Assembly: GCA_025455595.1 (NCBI GenBank)
Contig: JALOMD010000001.1
Location: 1-35,282, forward strand
Reading direction: 5' to 3'
Length of the DNA: 35,282 nucleotides
DNA from: Cytophagales bacterium
GTDB lineage: Bacteria > Bacteroidota > Bacteroidia > Cytophagales > 172606-1
The first letter of the stretch is position 1, and every line of letters starts with the position of its first letter. The notes beneath the pieces are model-generated. The model made no database searches. It was given only the letters and a program-made list of their open reading frames with translations, and had not been told where the DNA came from. This document shows positions 1 through 7,941 of this stretch, piece by piece. The position numbers and the translations under genes were made by a program.

Positions 1-930
1 CTGCGAAACTCCGCCGAGCCGTTCAAGTACGAAGGCGTGCTGGCTTCCTACGAAGCGATGGGCCGTCTTGATGCGGAAATCAGGCGTTGCCCGGCGTGTA
101 TGCAGGAAGTGCCCGACTCGCGCAGTTACATCACGGAAATCAACCAAACGCGCCAGTTGGCCGCCGCCGAACGCTACGATGCCGGCGTGGCCGCCATGAA
201 CCGCGACAATTTCCGCGAAAGTGCCCGCGAGGCTTTTTTGCATTTCCGCACCGCCAACGATTTGGTGCCCAACTTCCGCGACGTACACCAACAGATGCAG
301 CAGGCCAAGTTCGAGGCCACGCTGAAAGTGGTGTTCGAGCAGATTCCGGTGCATTCGCGGACGTTCGGGTTGAGCAACGAGTTTTTCCAAAACAAAATAA
401 ATCAGTTTGTGAGCAGCGAGCGGATGAACGAGTTCGTGCAGTTTTTCACGCCCGCCGAAGCCCAGAAAGTGGGCTTGCGCAATCCTGACCAAATTGTACG
501 GATGCAGTTCGACGATTTTGTGGTGGGGCAGGTGTTTATGAAGGAAACCAACGAGGAAATGGTGCGCGACAGCGTGGTGGTGGGCCAAGTGAAAACCGAA
601 GCCGGGCCGCGCAACGTCTATGGCACGGTGAAGGCACGATTTACGCTGTTCCAAAAAACGGTGAGTTCGCGCGGGCTGATGGATTTGCAGATTTACGACC
701 CGAATGCCAACCGAGTGGTGTTCCAAGAGAAAATGCCGGGCGAATTCGTGTGGCGTTCGGAATGGGGCAACTTCCGGGGCGACGAACGGGCTTTGACCGA
801 GAAGCAATTCAAAATCAGCCAACTGCGCGAAGTGCCGCCCCCGCCTCCGCAAGACTTGTTCATTGAGTTCTGCCGCCCGATTTACACACAGGCCACCAAC
901 ACGCTGCGGCGGTACTACCAACAGTTTTAG
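1..930 (+). CDS. Conserved hypothetical protein, 5'-truncated by the window edge (helical/TPR-like N-part, probably a Bacteroidota lipoprotein family)
   Basis: Frame +1 is open from base 1 to TAG at 928-930 with host-like codon usage; no recognisable catalytic motif. Confidence 0.7.
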   Translation: MRNSAEPFKYEGVLASYEAMGRLDAEIRRCPACMQEVPDSRSYITEINQTRQLAAAERYDAGVAAMNRDNFRESAREAFLHFRTANDLVPNFRDVHQQMQQAKFEATLKVVFEQIPVHSRTFGLSNEFFQNKINQFVSSERMNEFVQFFTPAEAQKVGLRNPDQIVRMQFDDFVVGQVFMKETNEEMVRDSVVVGQVKTEAGPRNVYGTVKARFTLFQKTVSSRGLMDLQIYDPNANRVVFQEKMPGEFVWRSEWGNFRGDERALTEKQFKISQLREVPPPPPQDLFIEFCRPIYTQATNTLRRYYQQF

Positions 931-975
931 CGATTCCGCGATGCTTCGTTCTTCGATGCTTCGCAAAAAACAAAG

Positions 976-1008
976 AGGCGTTTTGAGCATTTTTTGCCCA
1001 AAACGCCT
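976..1008. repeat. REP-like palindrome, family A
   Basis: AGGCGTTTTGAGCA-TTTTT-TGCCCAAAACGCCT imperfect inverted repeat. Confidence 0.85.
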
Positions 1009-1174
1009 TTTACGGTTTTTAGCTCATACCAAAATAAAAGACCGGCTGCGTGTTTTCTAAGTTTCAAGCCGCCGTTTTCAAGCAATTAATCATTCGACAT
1101 TACGCATTCATCATTCAAAATTGGTATCACTTCTCGCGTTTGAGAGGTTGCCCAAAATCGTGTTTCACCTGATA

Positions 1175-1203
1175 CGTTTTGGACAAAATTTGCTCAAAAC
1201 GCC
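1175..1203. repeat. REP-like palindrome, family A
   Basis: CGTTTTGGACAAAATTTGCTCAAAACG. Confidence 0.8.
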
Positions 1204-1273
1204 GTCAACATCTTTCATTGGCTTCGCCGGATCTTCGATTTCCGAAATCCGCTTTCCGCATTCCGATTTCCTA

Positions 1274-1966
1274 TCATGTTTTCCCATAAGCCTTGATGAT
1301 AGCCTCAGTGGGCACGCCGTTCATGCGGCACGCAGTTTCGATGATGGCGGCCAGTTCCTCTGGCTTCACCCAAGTCGAAAAGTCGGCGGTGGGCATGGCG
1401 GCGCGGTTGGTGGGTGTGTCAATGACGCTGGGCACCACTACCGTAGAGCGGATGTTTTTTTCGACCCCCGCCACATTGAGCAGTTCCGAAAGCTTGAAAA
1501 CCAGCGACTTGGACAGCGCATAACCCATCATGTCGGCCCCGCCGGCGGTTGGCTCCAAGGCGGGCCGCGACCCAATCATCACCAATCGTCCGCCGTTGCC
1601 TTGGGCCTGCATCCGCAGGAACAACGGCCGCGCCACGTTGTAGGTTGACTTGAAGTTCAACTCGAACATCTGCTCCATCTCACGGTAACTGGTACGAATC
1701 AAATTGCCCATCGCAAAGCCGCCGACGAGCAACACGCCTGCGTTCAGGGTTGGAAACTGATCGAAAGCCTGCTGCACCACCACCCGCGCCGCGTCTTCGT
1801 CGAACAGGTTGGCTTCTTTCACTTCCAAGTTCGGGTTTTCCGGGAAATGGTGCCGGGTGCGGGGCTCCACCACCGCAATGACGTGGTAGCCTTCATGCAG
1901 AAATTTTTCGGTGACGGCACTGCCTAAGTTACCGGCGGCACCGGTGATGAGTACGGCTTTGCTCAT
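1274..1966 (-). CDS. Short-chain dehydrogenase/reductase (SDR)
   Basis: MSKAVLITGAAGNLG (TGxxGxxG Rossmann motif) and catalytic YALSK (YxxxK); ATG at 1966 preferred over the upstream TTG. Confidence 0.9.
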   Translation of the reverse strand: MSKAVLITGAAGNLGSAVTEKFLHEGYHVIAVVEPRTRHHFPENPNLEVKEANLFDEDAARVVVQQAFDQFPTLNAGVLLVGGFAMGNLIRTSYREMEQMFELNFKSTYNVARPLFLRMQAQGNGGRLVMIGSRPALEPTAGGADMMGYALSKSLVFKLSELLNVAGVEKNIRSTVVVPSVIDTPTNRAAMPTADFSTWVKPEELAAIIETACRMNGVPTEAIIKAYGKT

Positions 1967-2080
1967 GATGGGTTGCGGAAAGAAAAAATGGTGAGGCAAC
2001 AAAAAAAGCCAAATTAACGGGCAATTCCGACAAACGCCTTGATTTTTTCAATGCCATGCTGGTGCAATGTGAACACAGAA

Positions 2081-2264
2081 GGTGTTTCGGGCAAAAATTG
2101 CTTGAAACGCCGATTGTCTGAACCATGATTAGTAGGATTCAAGGATTGCCTTGATTCGTTGCTTTTTAATCAAGGTAATCTCAAAATCCGACGAAACGAT
2201 AGTTCGGCGAAGCCAATCATGGTTCTGACAATCGGCGTTTTAGGCAAAAAACGCCCAAAACACC
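2081..2264. repeat. REPIN/MITE-like composite with ~50 bp imperfect terminal inverted repeats (family A REP + TGTCTGAACCATGATT) and an internal inverted repeat
   Basis: The reverse complement of 2081-2130 closely matches 2215-2264; the inner GGATT..GATTGCCTTGATT / AATCAAGGTAATC..AATCC segments also pair. Confidence 0.8.
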
Positions 2265-2280
2265 CAAAACACCGACACAC

Positions 2281-2470
2281 GGAAGGTTACCTTTATATGA
2301 AACCGGTATTAACCTCCGATTTTCCAGTCCCTTGTTGCACCCCGCAACCATGACGGTCTTCTAATAGACATACCTCCCTTGACCCCGATTCACCGGGGCG
2401 GCAGGCTTTCCAAGAGCTTGCCCTGTTATTTCTTTGTCCAGTCAGTCGGCTTTCAGTACATGGATAATGC
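2281..2470. ncRNA. Candidate structured non-coding RNA or leader upstream of the RNA-repair cluster (family unknown)
   Basis: Consecutive hairpins: GGAAGGTTA/TAACCTCC, GTTGC-ACCCC-GCAAC, GTCT-TCTAAT-AGAC, CCCCG-ATTCAC-CGGGG, GGCAGGCTTT/AGAGCTTGCC, TGTCCA/TGGATA. G-U pairs favour the + strand. Unrelated to the local repeat families and no convincing long ORF. Confidence 0.45.
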
Positions 2471-2480
2471 CATTGCCATT

Positions 2481-2577
2481 GGCGTTTTAGGCATTCCTGC
2501 TCCCGACAAGCCTGCCAAGCCAGCGGCATGGTCGGGACAGGCCATCGCGGGATTTGACATTTTTTGCCTAAAACGCC
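2481..2577. repeat. Extended family A element (split REP arms around a TCCCGAC...GTCGGGA core)
   Basis: GGCGTTTTAGGCA ... TGCCTAAAACGCC; its reverse complement aligns by eye with ~19478-19545 and resembles 10331-10430. Confidence 0.75.
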
Positions 2578-2629
2578 GACACACACATCTTAATTGATAG
2601 CCTGACCCAATTTCAACACTGAAAAAACC

Positions 2630-3418
2630 ATGATTACGATAAAAAAATATCCGCGCACCCGGCACATCGAAGGGTCGCGGTTGCAGAAAGGCGACGAAGA
2701 CCTGAAAAGCGTGCCGTTTGAGGAAATAAAAGGAAAATTCCTGGTCATCGAAGAGAAAATGGACGGGGCCAACGCCGGCATCAGTTTCACAGACAGCGGC
2801 CAGTTGCTGCTCCAGAGTCGCGGCCATTATTTGACGGGCGGCTACCGTGAGCGGCATTTTGATTTGCTGAAAACGTGGGCCAACACATTTGCGCCGCAGA
2901 TGTACGAAGTCGTCGGTGACCGCTACATCATTTACGGCGAATGGATGTACGCCAAACACACGGTTTTCTACACGCACTTGGATCACTATTTCCTTGAGTT
3001 CGACATGTATGACAAGGAAAAGGAAGTGTTTCTCAGCACGACGCAACGACGTGAATTGCTGGAGTTCATGCCTTTCATGAAGTCTGTGAAAATACTGTAC
3101 GAAGGCCCTTTGGAGCGAAAGGAACAGTTTTACCAATTCATCACGCAATCGCATTTCATCAGCGACAATCACTTGGAATGTCTGCGCGAAGACTGTGAAA
3201 AGCTGGGCCTTCGCTACGACATTGCACTGAAAGAAACCAGCCGGAGCAACATCATGGAAGGGCTGTACATCAAGCAGGAAAACGGGCTGATTGTGGAAGA
3301 CCGCTTCAAGTTTATCCGCCACGATTTCCTGACCAGCATCCTTGACTCAGAAACACACTGGCTTGACCGCCCGATTATTCCGAACAGATTGGCTGAGGGG
3401 GTGAATTTGTTTGCGTGA
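2630..3418 (+). CDS. ATP-dependent RNA/DNA ligase-like nucleotidyltransferase (RNA_ligase family, 'KYPRTxH' type)
   Basis: Motif I EEKMDGAN, III YIIYGEW, IIIa FLEFDMY, IV EGLYIK, V RFKFIR; N-terminal KYPRTRHIEGSRLQ; no OB domain apparent. Confidence 0.88.
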   Translation: MITIKKYPRTRHIEGSRLQKGDEDLKSVPFEEIKGKFLVIEEKMDGANAGISFTDSGQLLLQSRGHYLTGGYRERHFDLLKTWANTFAPQMYEVVGDRYIIYGEWMYAKHTVFYTHLDHYFLEFDMYDKEKEVFLSTTQRRELLEFMPFMKSVKILYEGPLERKEQFYQFITQSHFISDNHLECLREDCEKLGLRYDIALKETSRSNIMEGLYIKQENGLIVEDRFKFIRHDFLTSILDSETHWLDRPIIPNRLAEGVNLFA

Positions 3419-3420
3419 AA

Positions 3421-3489
3421 AGCCCCCACCCGACCTCCCCCTTGGGGGAGGAGAATACGCCCCCCGTTGGGGAGGGTCGGGATGGGGCT
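3421..3489. repeat. GC-rich palindromic repeat, family B
   Basis: AGCCCCCACCCGACCTCCCC ... GGGGAGGGTCGGGATGGGGCT; homologous to 7941-8047. Confidence 0.8.
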
Positions 3490-3522
3490 ATAATTCTAAA
3501 TTCAAAATTCTGAATTAACGCC

Positions 3523-4563
3523 ATGTTTTCACCGTACGAAAAAATAGAAGAAAACCTGCTGAGTCGTGGATTGACGCAGGCGCATTACCGACAGATGCAC
3601 AAAGCCGAGTGGGTGGTGACCGAGAAAATACACGGAGCCAATTTCTGTGTGATTCTTGACAATCAAGGCATTGCCTACGCCAAACGCAAGGCGGTTCTTG
3701 CGCCGGACGATGAGTTTTTTGACTATAAAAACACAGTGGATTCACTGGAGACAGCTTTTTTGCAAATACACGAATGATTATTGCAACAGAGCTTTGCATC
3801 TGTGGCGGACACGGTTTTGCTGTACGGCGAACTGTGCGGCGGCGGCTATCCGCACCCGGACGTGGAGCCGAACCCGCTGGTGGATTTGGTGCAAACAGGC
3901 GTGTACTATTCGCCGAACATTGAGTTATGTGTATTTGACATTGCCGTACAGAAAAACGACACATTGCAGCCCAAAATCTATTTGGACTACACTGTCCTGT
4001 CGGATTTCTGTCAGAAAGCGGGCTTGCTGTACACGGAGGCTCTGTTTGAGGGCAGTTACGAAGACGCTTTGCGTACAGACATTCACTTTGAGAGCAAACT
4101 GCCGGACAAACTGAGTCTGCCCAAACTACCTTTTCCGAACAAAGCCGAAGGTGTCGTGATTAAGCCGCGTCAAAACCTGTATCTGACGACAGAGAAAGAG
4201 ACTTTTCGACCTATGTTGAAACAGAAAATCGCAGCGTTTTCAGAGGTGCAATTTCATCAATCCGAAAAATGGGACGCTTTTGCGCCGAAAGGAAAAATGA
4301 CGCGGCTGTTGCGCGATTTGCTGCAATTGGTGAACAGAAACCGATTGACAAATGCGGCTTCCAAAATCGGCAAAATCAAGCCGGACGATGCGGCGAAAAT
4401 CGCACAATTGCGACTATACTTTTACGAAGACATTCAAGACGAGATTCGGAAGTCTTTTGCAAAAGAATTCCCGAAACTGACGCAATGCGAAAAAGAAACC
4501 GTGGAACGGCAATTGCAAGCGGCGATGGAAGAAGCAGTGGCCGCGTATGTGTCTGGGTGGTGA
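3523..4563 (+). pseudogene. Rnl2/REL-like RNA ligase interrupted by a single in-frame TGA at 3775-3777 (pseudogene, sequencing error or readthrough)
   Basis: ORFs 3523-3777 and 3781-4563 share a frame. Motif I WVVTEKIHGANF lies before the stop; YGELCGGGYPHP, VQTGVYYSP, CVFDI, EGVVIK, LKQK and the Rnl2 C-domain-like VNRNRLTNAASKIG lie after it. Confidence 0.8.
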
Positions 4564-4617
4564 GGCGAAAATAGTCTTGGGTCGTGTGTCTTTGGTCTTG
4601 GGGACAAAAATACTGTA

Positions 4618-4815
4618 GCGTTTTGGGCAAAAAATGCTTAAAACGAGAGGCCCTCGCCCCCGGCCCCTCTCCCACGGGAGAGGGGGTAGCCTCCCCCAAC
4701 CCCCTCCCAAGGAGGGGGCTTTTTTCTCCCCTCTCCTTCGGAGAGGGGTCGGGGGGTGAGGCTTCCTCCCCCTTGGGGGGAGGTTGGGAGGGGGCCTCGG
4801 GGACGGGGGGTGAGG
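4618..4815. repeat. Family A REP (4618-4645) followed by a nested cluster of family B GC-rich palindromes (4651-4815)
   Basis: GCGTTTTGGGCAAAAAATGCTTAAAACG, then CCCCTCTCCCACGGGAGAGGGG, CCCCTCCCAAGGAGGGG, CCCCTCTCCTTCGGAGAGGGG, CCTCCCCCTTGGGGGGAGG. Confidence 0.85.
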
Positions 4816-4910
4816 TTTTATCCCAATTCACGGATTCTCAAGCAATTTCTGTCATTGACAGTTACATTTCGGAACCATTTTGTACCAAAGAGAAAAGGAG
4901 GGAGAATGCC

Positions 4911-6014
4911 ATGAACGTGTTACAGAAAAGCCTGACGGACTACGCCGTTGTACGAAAATACGCCGAGCTGTTCGAGCGGATGCAGCAAACGCCGCAAGAT
5001 CCGGTGCACCACCAAGAAGGTGATGTCTATACGCACACCGAAATGGTGCTGAACGCCCTTCTGGAACTGCCGGAGTTTCAGGAATTGACGGCTTACGAAC
5101 AGAGATTGTTGGAATACACGGCTCTGTTCCACGACAGTTGCAAACCCGACACAATGGAGTTTTGGGGCGACGGCCGCATTTCCAATCCGCGCCATGCGTT
5201 GAAAGGGGCTAATTTGGTGCGGCAGATTTTGGACAAGGAAAACGAACCGCTTGATTTCATCCGCCGGGTGCATTATTTGGTGCGCTTTCACGGCTATCCG
5301 TTCCATGTAATCAACCGGCGCAATCCGCTGCGGGATGCAATCTATTTGAGTTTGCTTTCGGACAACAAACTGCTGTACATTTTTGCGAAAGCGGATTTGT
5401 TAGGACGTATCTGTAATACGCACGACGAAATGCTGTATAATCTGGAGTTGTTCAGAGAATTCTCTATTGAATACAATATTTTCGGCAAAAGCAAAGCCTT
5501 CGCGTCGGACTACGACCGGTTTCATTATTTCAATGTGGACGAAAGCTATCCCGACACGCAACTCTATGACGACACGGCGTTTGATATTTATTTGCTTTGC
5601 GGCTTGCCCGCCGCCGGTAAAGACACGTACCTGCGCACGCACCTGACCGATTTGCCGCACGTGCATCTGGACGCAATTCGGGCGGAGTTTGACATAGACC
5701 CGACCGACAACCAAGGGCAGGTGATTCAAGTCAGCCGGGAGCGGAGCAAGGAATTGTGTCGCAAGAAACAATCATTCGTGTGGAACGCGACCAACATCAC
5801 GGCGCAAATCCGCTCGACGCTGGTTGGCATGTGGCTGCCGTACAAGCCGAAAATCCACATTGTTTACATTCACAAGAACATCAACCAGACCCTGCGCGAC
5901 AACGCCGCCCGCGAGGAAACCGCCCAAGTGCCGCCGCACAAAATCATGCAGATGTTCGAGCGGTTTGAATTCCCCGACATGACGGAATGCCACCGGCTTT
6001 CAATTGTTGAATGA
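4911..6014 (+). CDS. HD-Pnk: N-terminal HD phosphoesterase plus C-terminal P-loop polynucleotide kinase (end-healing enzyme)
   Basis: HHQEGDVYTHT and LFHDSCKP (HD domain); GLPAAGKDT Walker A, LDAIR (DxxR), WNATN. ATG 4911 has AAGGAGG upstream; the longer ORF start at 4584 merely reads through repeats. Confidence 0.88.
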   Translation: MNVLQKSLTDYAVVRKYAELFERMQQTPQDPVHHQEGDVYTHTEMVLNALLELPEFQELTAYEQRLLEYTALFHDSCKPDTMEFWGDGRISNPRHALKGANLVRQILDKENEPLDFIRRVHYLVRFHGYPFHVINRRNPLRDAIYLSLLSDNKLLYIFAKADLLGRICNTHDEMLYNLELFREFSIEYNIFGKSKAFASDYDRFHYFNVDESYPDTQLYDDTAFDIYLLCGLPAAGKDTYLRTHLTDLPHVHLDAIRAEFDIDPTDNQGQVIQVSRERSKELCRKKQSFVWNATNITAQIRSTLVGMWLPYKPKIHIVYIHKNINQTLRDNAAREETAQVPPHKIMQMFERFEFPDMTECHRLSIVE

Positions 6015-6079
6015 CTGAATGAGAGAATGATAGAATAATGCGGAACGTGGAAGGCGGATTGCGGAAAAGAGCAGGAAGC

Positions 6080-6229
6080 CGTTTTGGGCAATTTTTACCT
6101 AAAACGCCATAGAAAAACAGCACACGGGTTGGACGGATACAAAGGATAGAAGACGGATTGAATCCGTGCGAATCCGTTGTGTCTGTTCAATCCGTGTGCT
6201 GTTTTTTACAAAAATTGCCCAAAACGCCC
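6080..6229. repeat. Composite: REP A, long hairpin (6114-6204), REP A
   Basis: CGTTTTGGGCAATTTTTACCTAAAACG; AAAACAGCACACGG...CCGTGTGCTGTTTT; AAAATTGCCCAAAACGC. Confidence 0.75.
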
Positions 6230-6357
6230 GTTGCCGCTTTCTGCCTGCGAATGTTGGCCTGCGTGCGAAAAAAAGCACTTCGCGCCGGACGGTAAAAATA
6301 TTTCCCGTTATTTTGCGTTTTTCCAAGTTGAAACGCCTGCCCAATCAGCCCTTAGAC

Positions 6358-7941
6358 ATGAAAAAAATACAATTTTTATTGCTATTTTTCATATTTTTTG
6401 TTTCTTCAGTCCAATCGGCCAAGGCGCAAAACGAAGCGGCCGGTTCGGGGATTCGGTTGTTTTTTCCGGGATATGCCAACTGGAACGTATTAGAGGAAGG
6501 AAAGGAATTGGTGTTCACGCTGCGGGCAGCGGGCGGCAACGGCTCTAAATTTACATTTGCCATTACGCAAGGTCGCATCGAAGGGATGGATTTCGACACC
6601 AGCGGCTATTTTGCGTGGAAGCCTGAACACGATTTTGTGGATCGGATTGCCAAGGAAAAAGCCGTTCAGGTGGTGTTTGAAGCCCGCAACGAAAAAGGCG
6701 AAACCGCCAGCCAAACCGTCGAGTTCAAGGTGCGGCACGCCAACCAGCCGCCCACCGTCGGCGAACTCAAAACGTGGTACGTGGGCTATAACACGCCCAG
6801 TCGGTACAAGATAGATTCCGATGCCGTCAAAGACGAAGACAACGACCCGGTGGCGTTTTCGTTTACCGACCAAATCCCCGAAGGCATGCAAACGTCGGCC
6901 CAAGGCGAACTCACTTGGAAACCGTCGCTGACGCAATTCAACGCCTTGAAGACCAAGCCATTGTACATTGATTTTGTGGTGGAAGACCAGCCGGGAAAGC
7001 TGCAAAACAAAGGCCGAATCCGCGTAGAGGCCACGCAGCAAGATTTGGCACCGGAAATCACCGCCGTGCCGCGCGACAATACGGTTCGCATCAAGGAAAA
7101 CGAAACGGTTGACATCCGGTTTTACATCGCCGACCCCAACGGCGACGACGACGTGGCCGCCTTCGACTTCGTCTCGACCAACACCAACGTGCCGAAAACC
7201 GCCCTGCAACGCAACACCAACAACCAGTACGAGTTCATTTGGAAACCGGGTTACGATTTTGTGAAAGACCCGTTTGATACCACGGCATTCCAAATCACGT
7301 TTTTCGCCTTGGACAAGTCGAACAAGCGGGCCGAGACGAAAATCAATTTCGTGGTGCGCAACACCGTGAACGAAGCGGCCAAAGACCAGCAGTACTACAC
7401 CCAGTACCGTACGGCTTTGGTGCGGGCTTGGGACTTGCTCGAACAATTGAAGGACAAGGAGCAGGATTTGAAACGGGCTTACAAACGGGCCAAGAAAGGC
7501 AAAACCCACCGTTCCATCGCCAACGCCTCGCTGGGGGCCATGTCAGGGCTGGCTCCGGTCGTCATCCAGCGCGACCCGATCACGCAACGGAGCATCAGCA
7601 CGCTGGGCGGCACGGCGGTGGCCACCATCGGCACGCTGGAGGCCACGGAAGTAATTGGCCGCTCGACGAAAGACTTGGTGGACAGGCTCAATTACATCAT
7701 TGAGAAGAAAAACGAACTGCAAACCAAAGGCGACATTTTCGCCCGCAAGTACACACTGAAATCGGCCCGCCGCAGCCGCGACTTCACCCGCGACCTCGAC
7801 GATTTCATTGCCCTGCTGAACCTGAAAGGCATGGTGGCCCTCGAACTTGACGCAGGTTGGGAGAACAAGAAACAAGCCACTGACAAAGCCATCAAAACCA
7901 CTTTCAAGGATTTCAGTGCCTTGGACGAAGCAACAGAATGA
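6358..7941 (+). CDS. Secreted protein with tandem Ig/cadherin-like repeats and a C-terminal helical/coiled-coil domain
   Basis: Signal peptide MKKIQFLLLFFIFFVSSVQSAKA; three recurrences of WKP in beta-rich repeats (GYFAWKP, GELTWKP, YEFIWKP); DxDxD-like Ca-binding motifs (DEDND, DPNGDDD). Confidence 0.75.
   Translation: MKKIQFLLLFFIFFVSSVQSAKAQNEAAGSGIRLFFPGYANWNVLEEGKELVFTLRAAGGNGSKFTFAITQGRIEGMDFDTSGYFAWKPEHDFVDRIAKEKAVQVVFEARNEKGETASQTVEFKVRHANQPPTVGELKTWYVGYNTPSRYKIDSDAVKDEDNDPVAFSFTDQIPEGMQTSAQGELTWKPSLTQFNALKTKPLYIDFVVEDQPGKLQNKGRIRVEATQQDLAPEITAVPRDNTVRIKENETVDIRFYIADPNGDDDVAAFDFVSTNTNVPKTALQRNTNNQYEFIWKPGYDFVKDPFDTTAFQITFFALDKSNKRAETKINFVVRNTVNEAAKDQQYYTQYRTALVRAWDLLEQLKDKEQDLKRAYKRAKKGKTHRSIANASLGAMSGLAPVVIQRDPITQRSISTLGGTAVATIGTLEATEVIGRSTKDLVDRLNYIIEKKNELQTKGDIFARKYTLKSARRSRDFTRDLDDFIALLNLKGMVALELDAGWENKKQATDKAIKTTFKDFSALDEATE

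Noticed and set aside
2311-2380. Two ACCTCC anti-SD-like words in the candidate ncRNA pairing with the HD-Pnk SD
   Set aside because: Only about 6 nt of complementarity over 2.5 kb, which is expected by chance.
3775-3810. Selenocysteine or alternative genetic code for the TGA in the Rnl2-like gene
   Set aside because: TGA terminates many genes here (rpsG, rpsJ, rpoA); the position is not an evident catalytic Cys and the downstream hairpin is weak. Kept only as an unlikely option.
4584-4910. N-terminal 109 aa extension of the HD-Pnk ORF
   Set aside because: It is a translation of GC-rich palindromic repeats (PSP/GEG low complexity); the domain begins after ATG 4911, which has an RBS.
6166-6357. 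Upstream extension of the Ig-repeat ORF
   Set aside because: It runs through repeat DNA; the signal peptide starts at ATG 6358.
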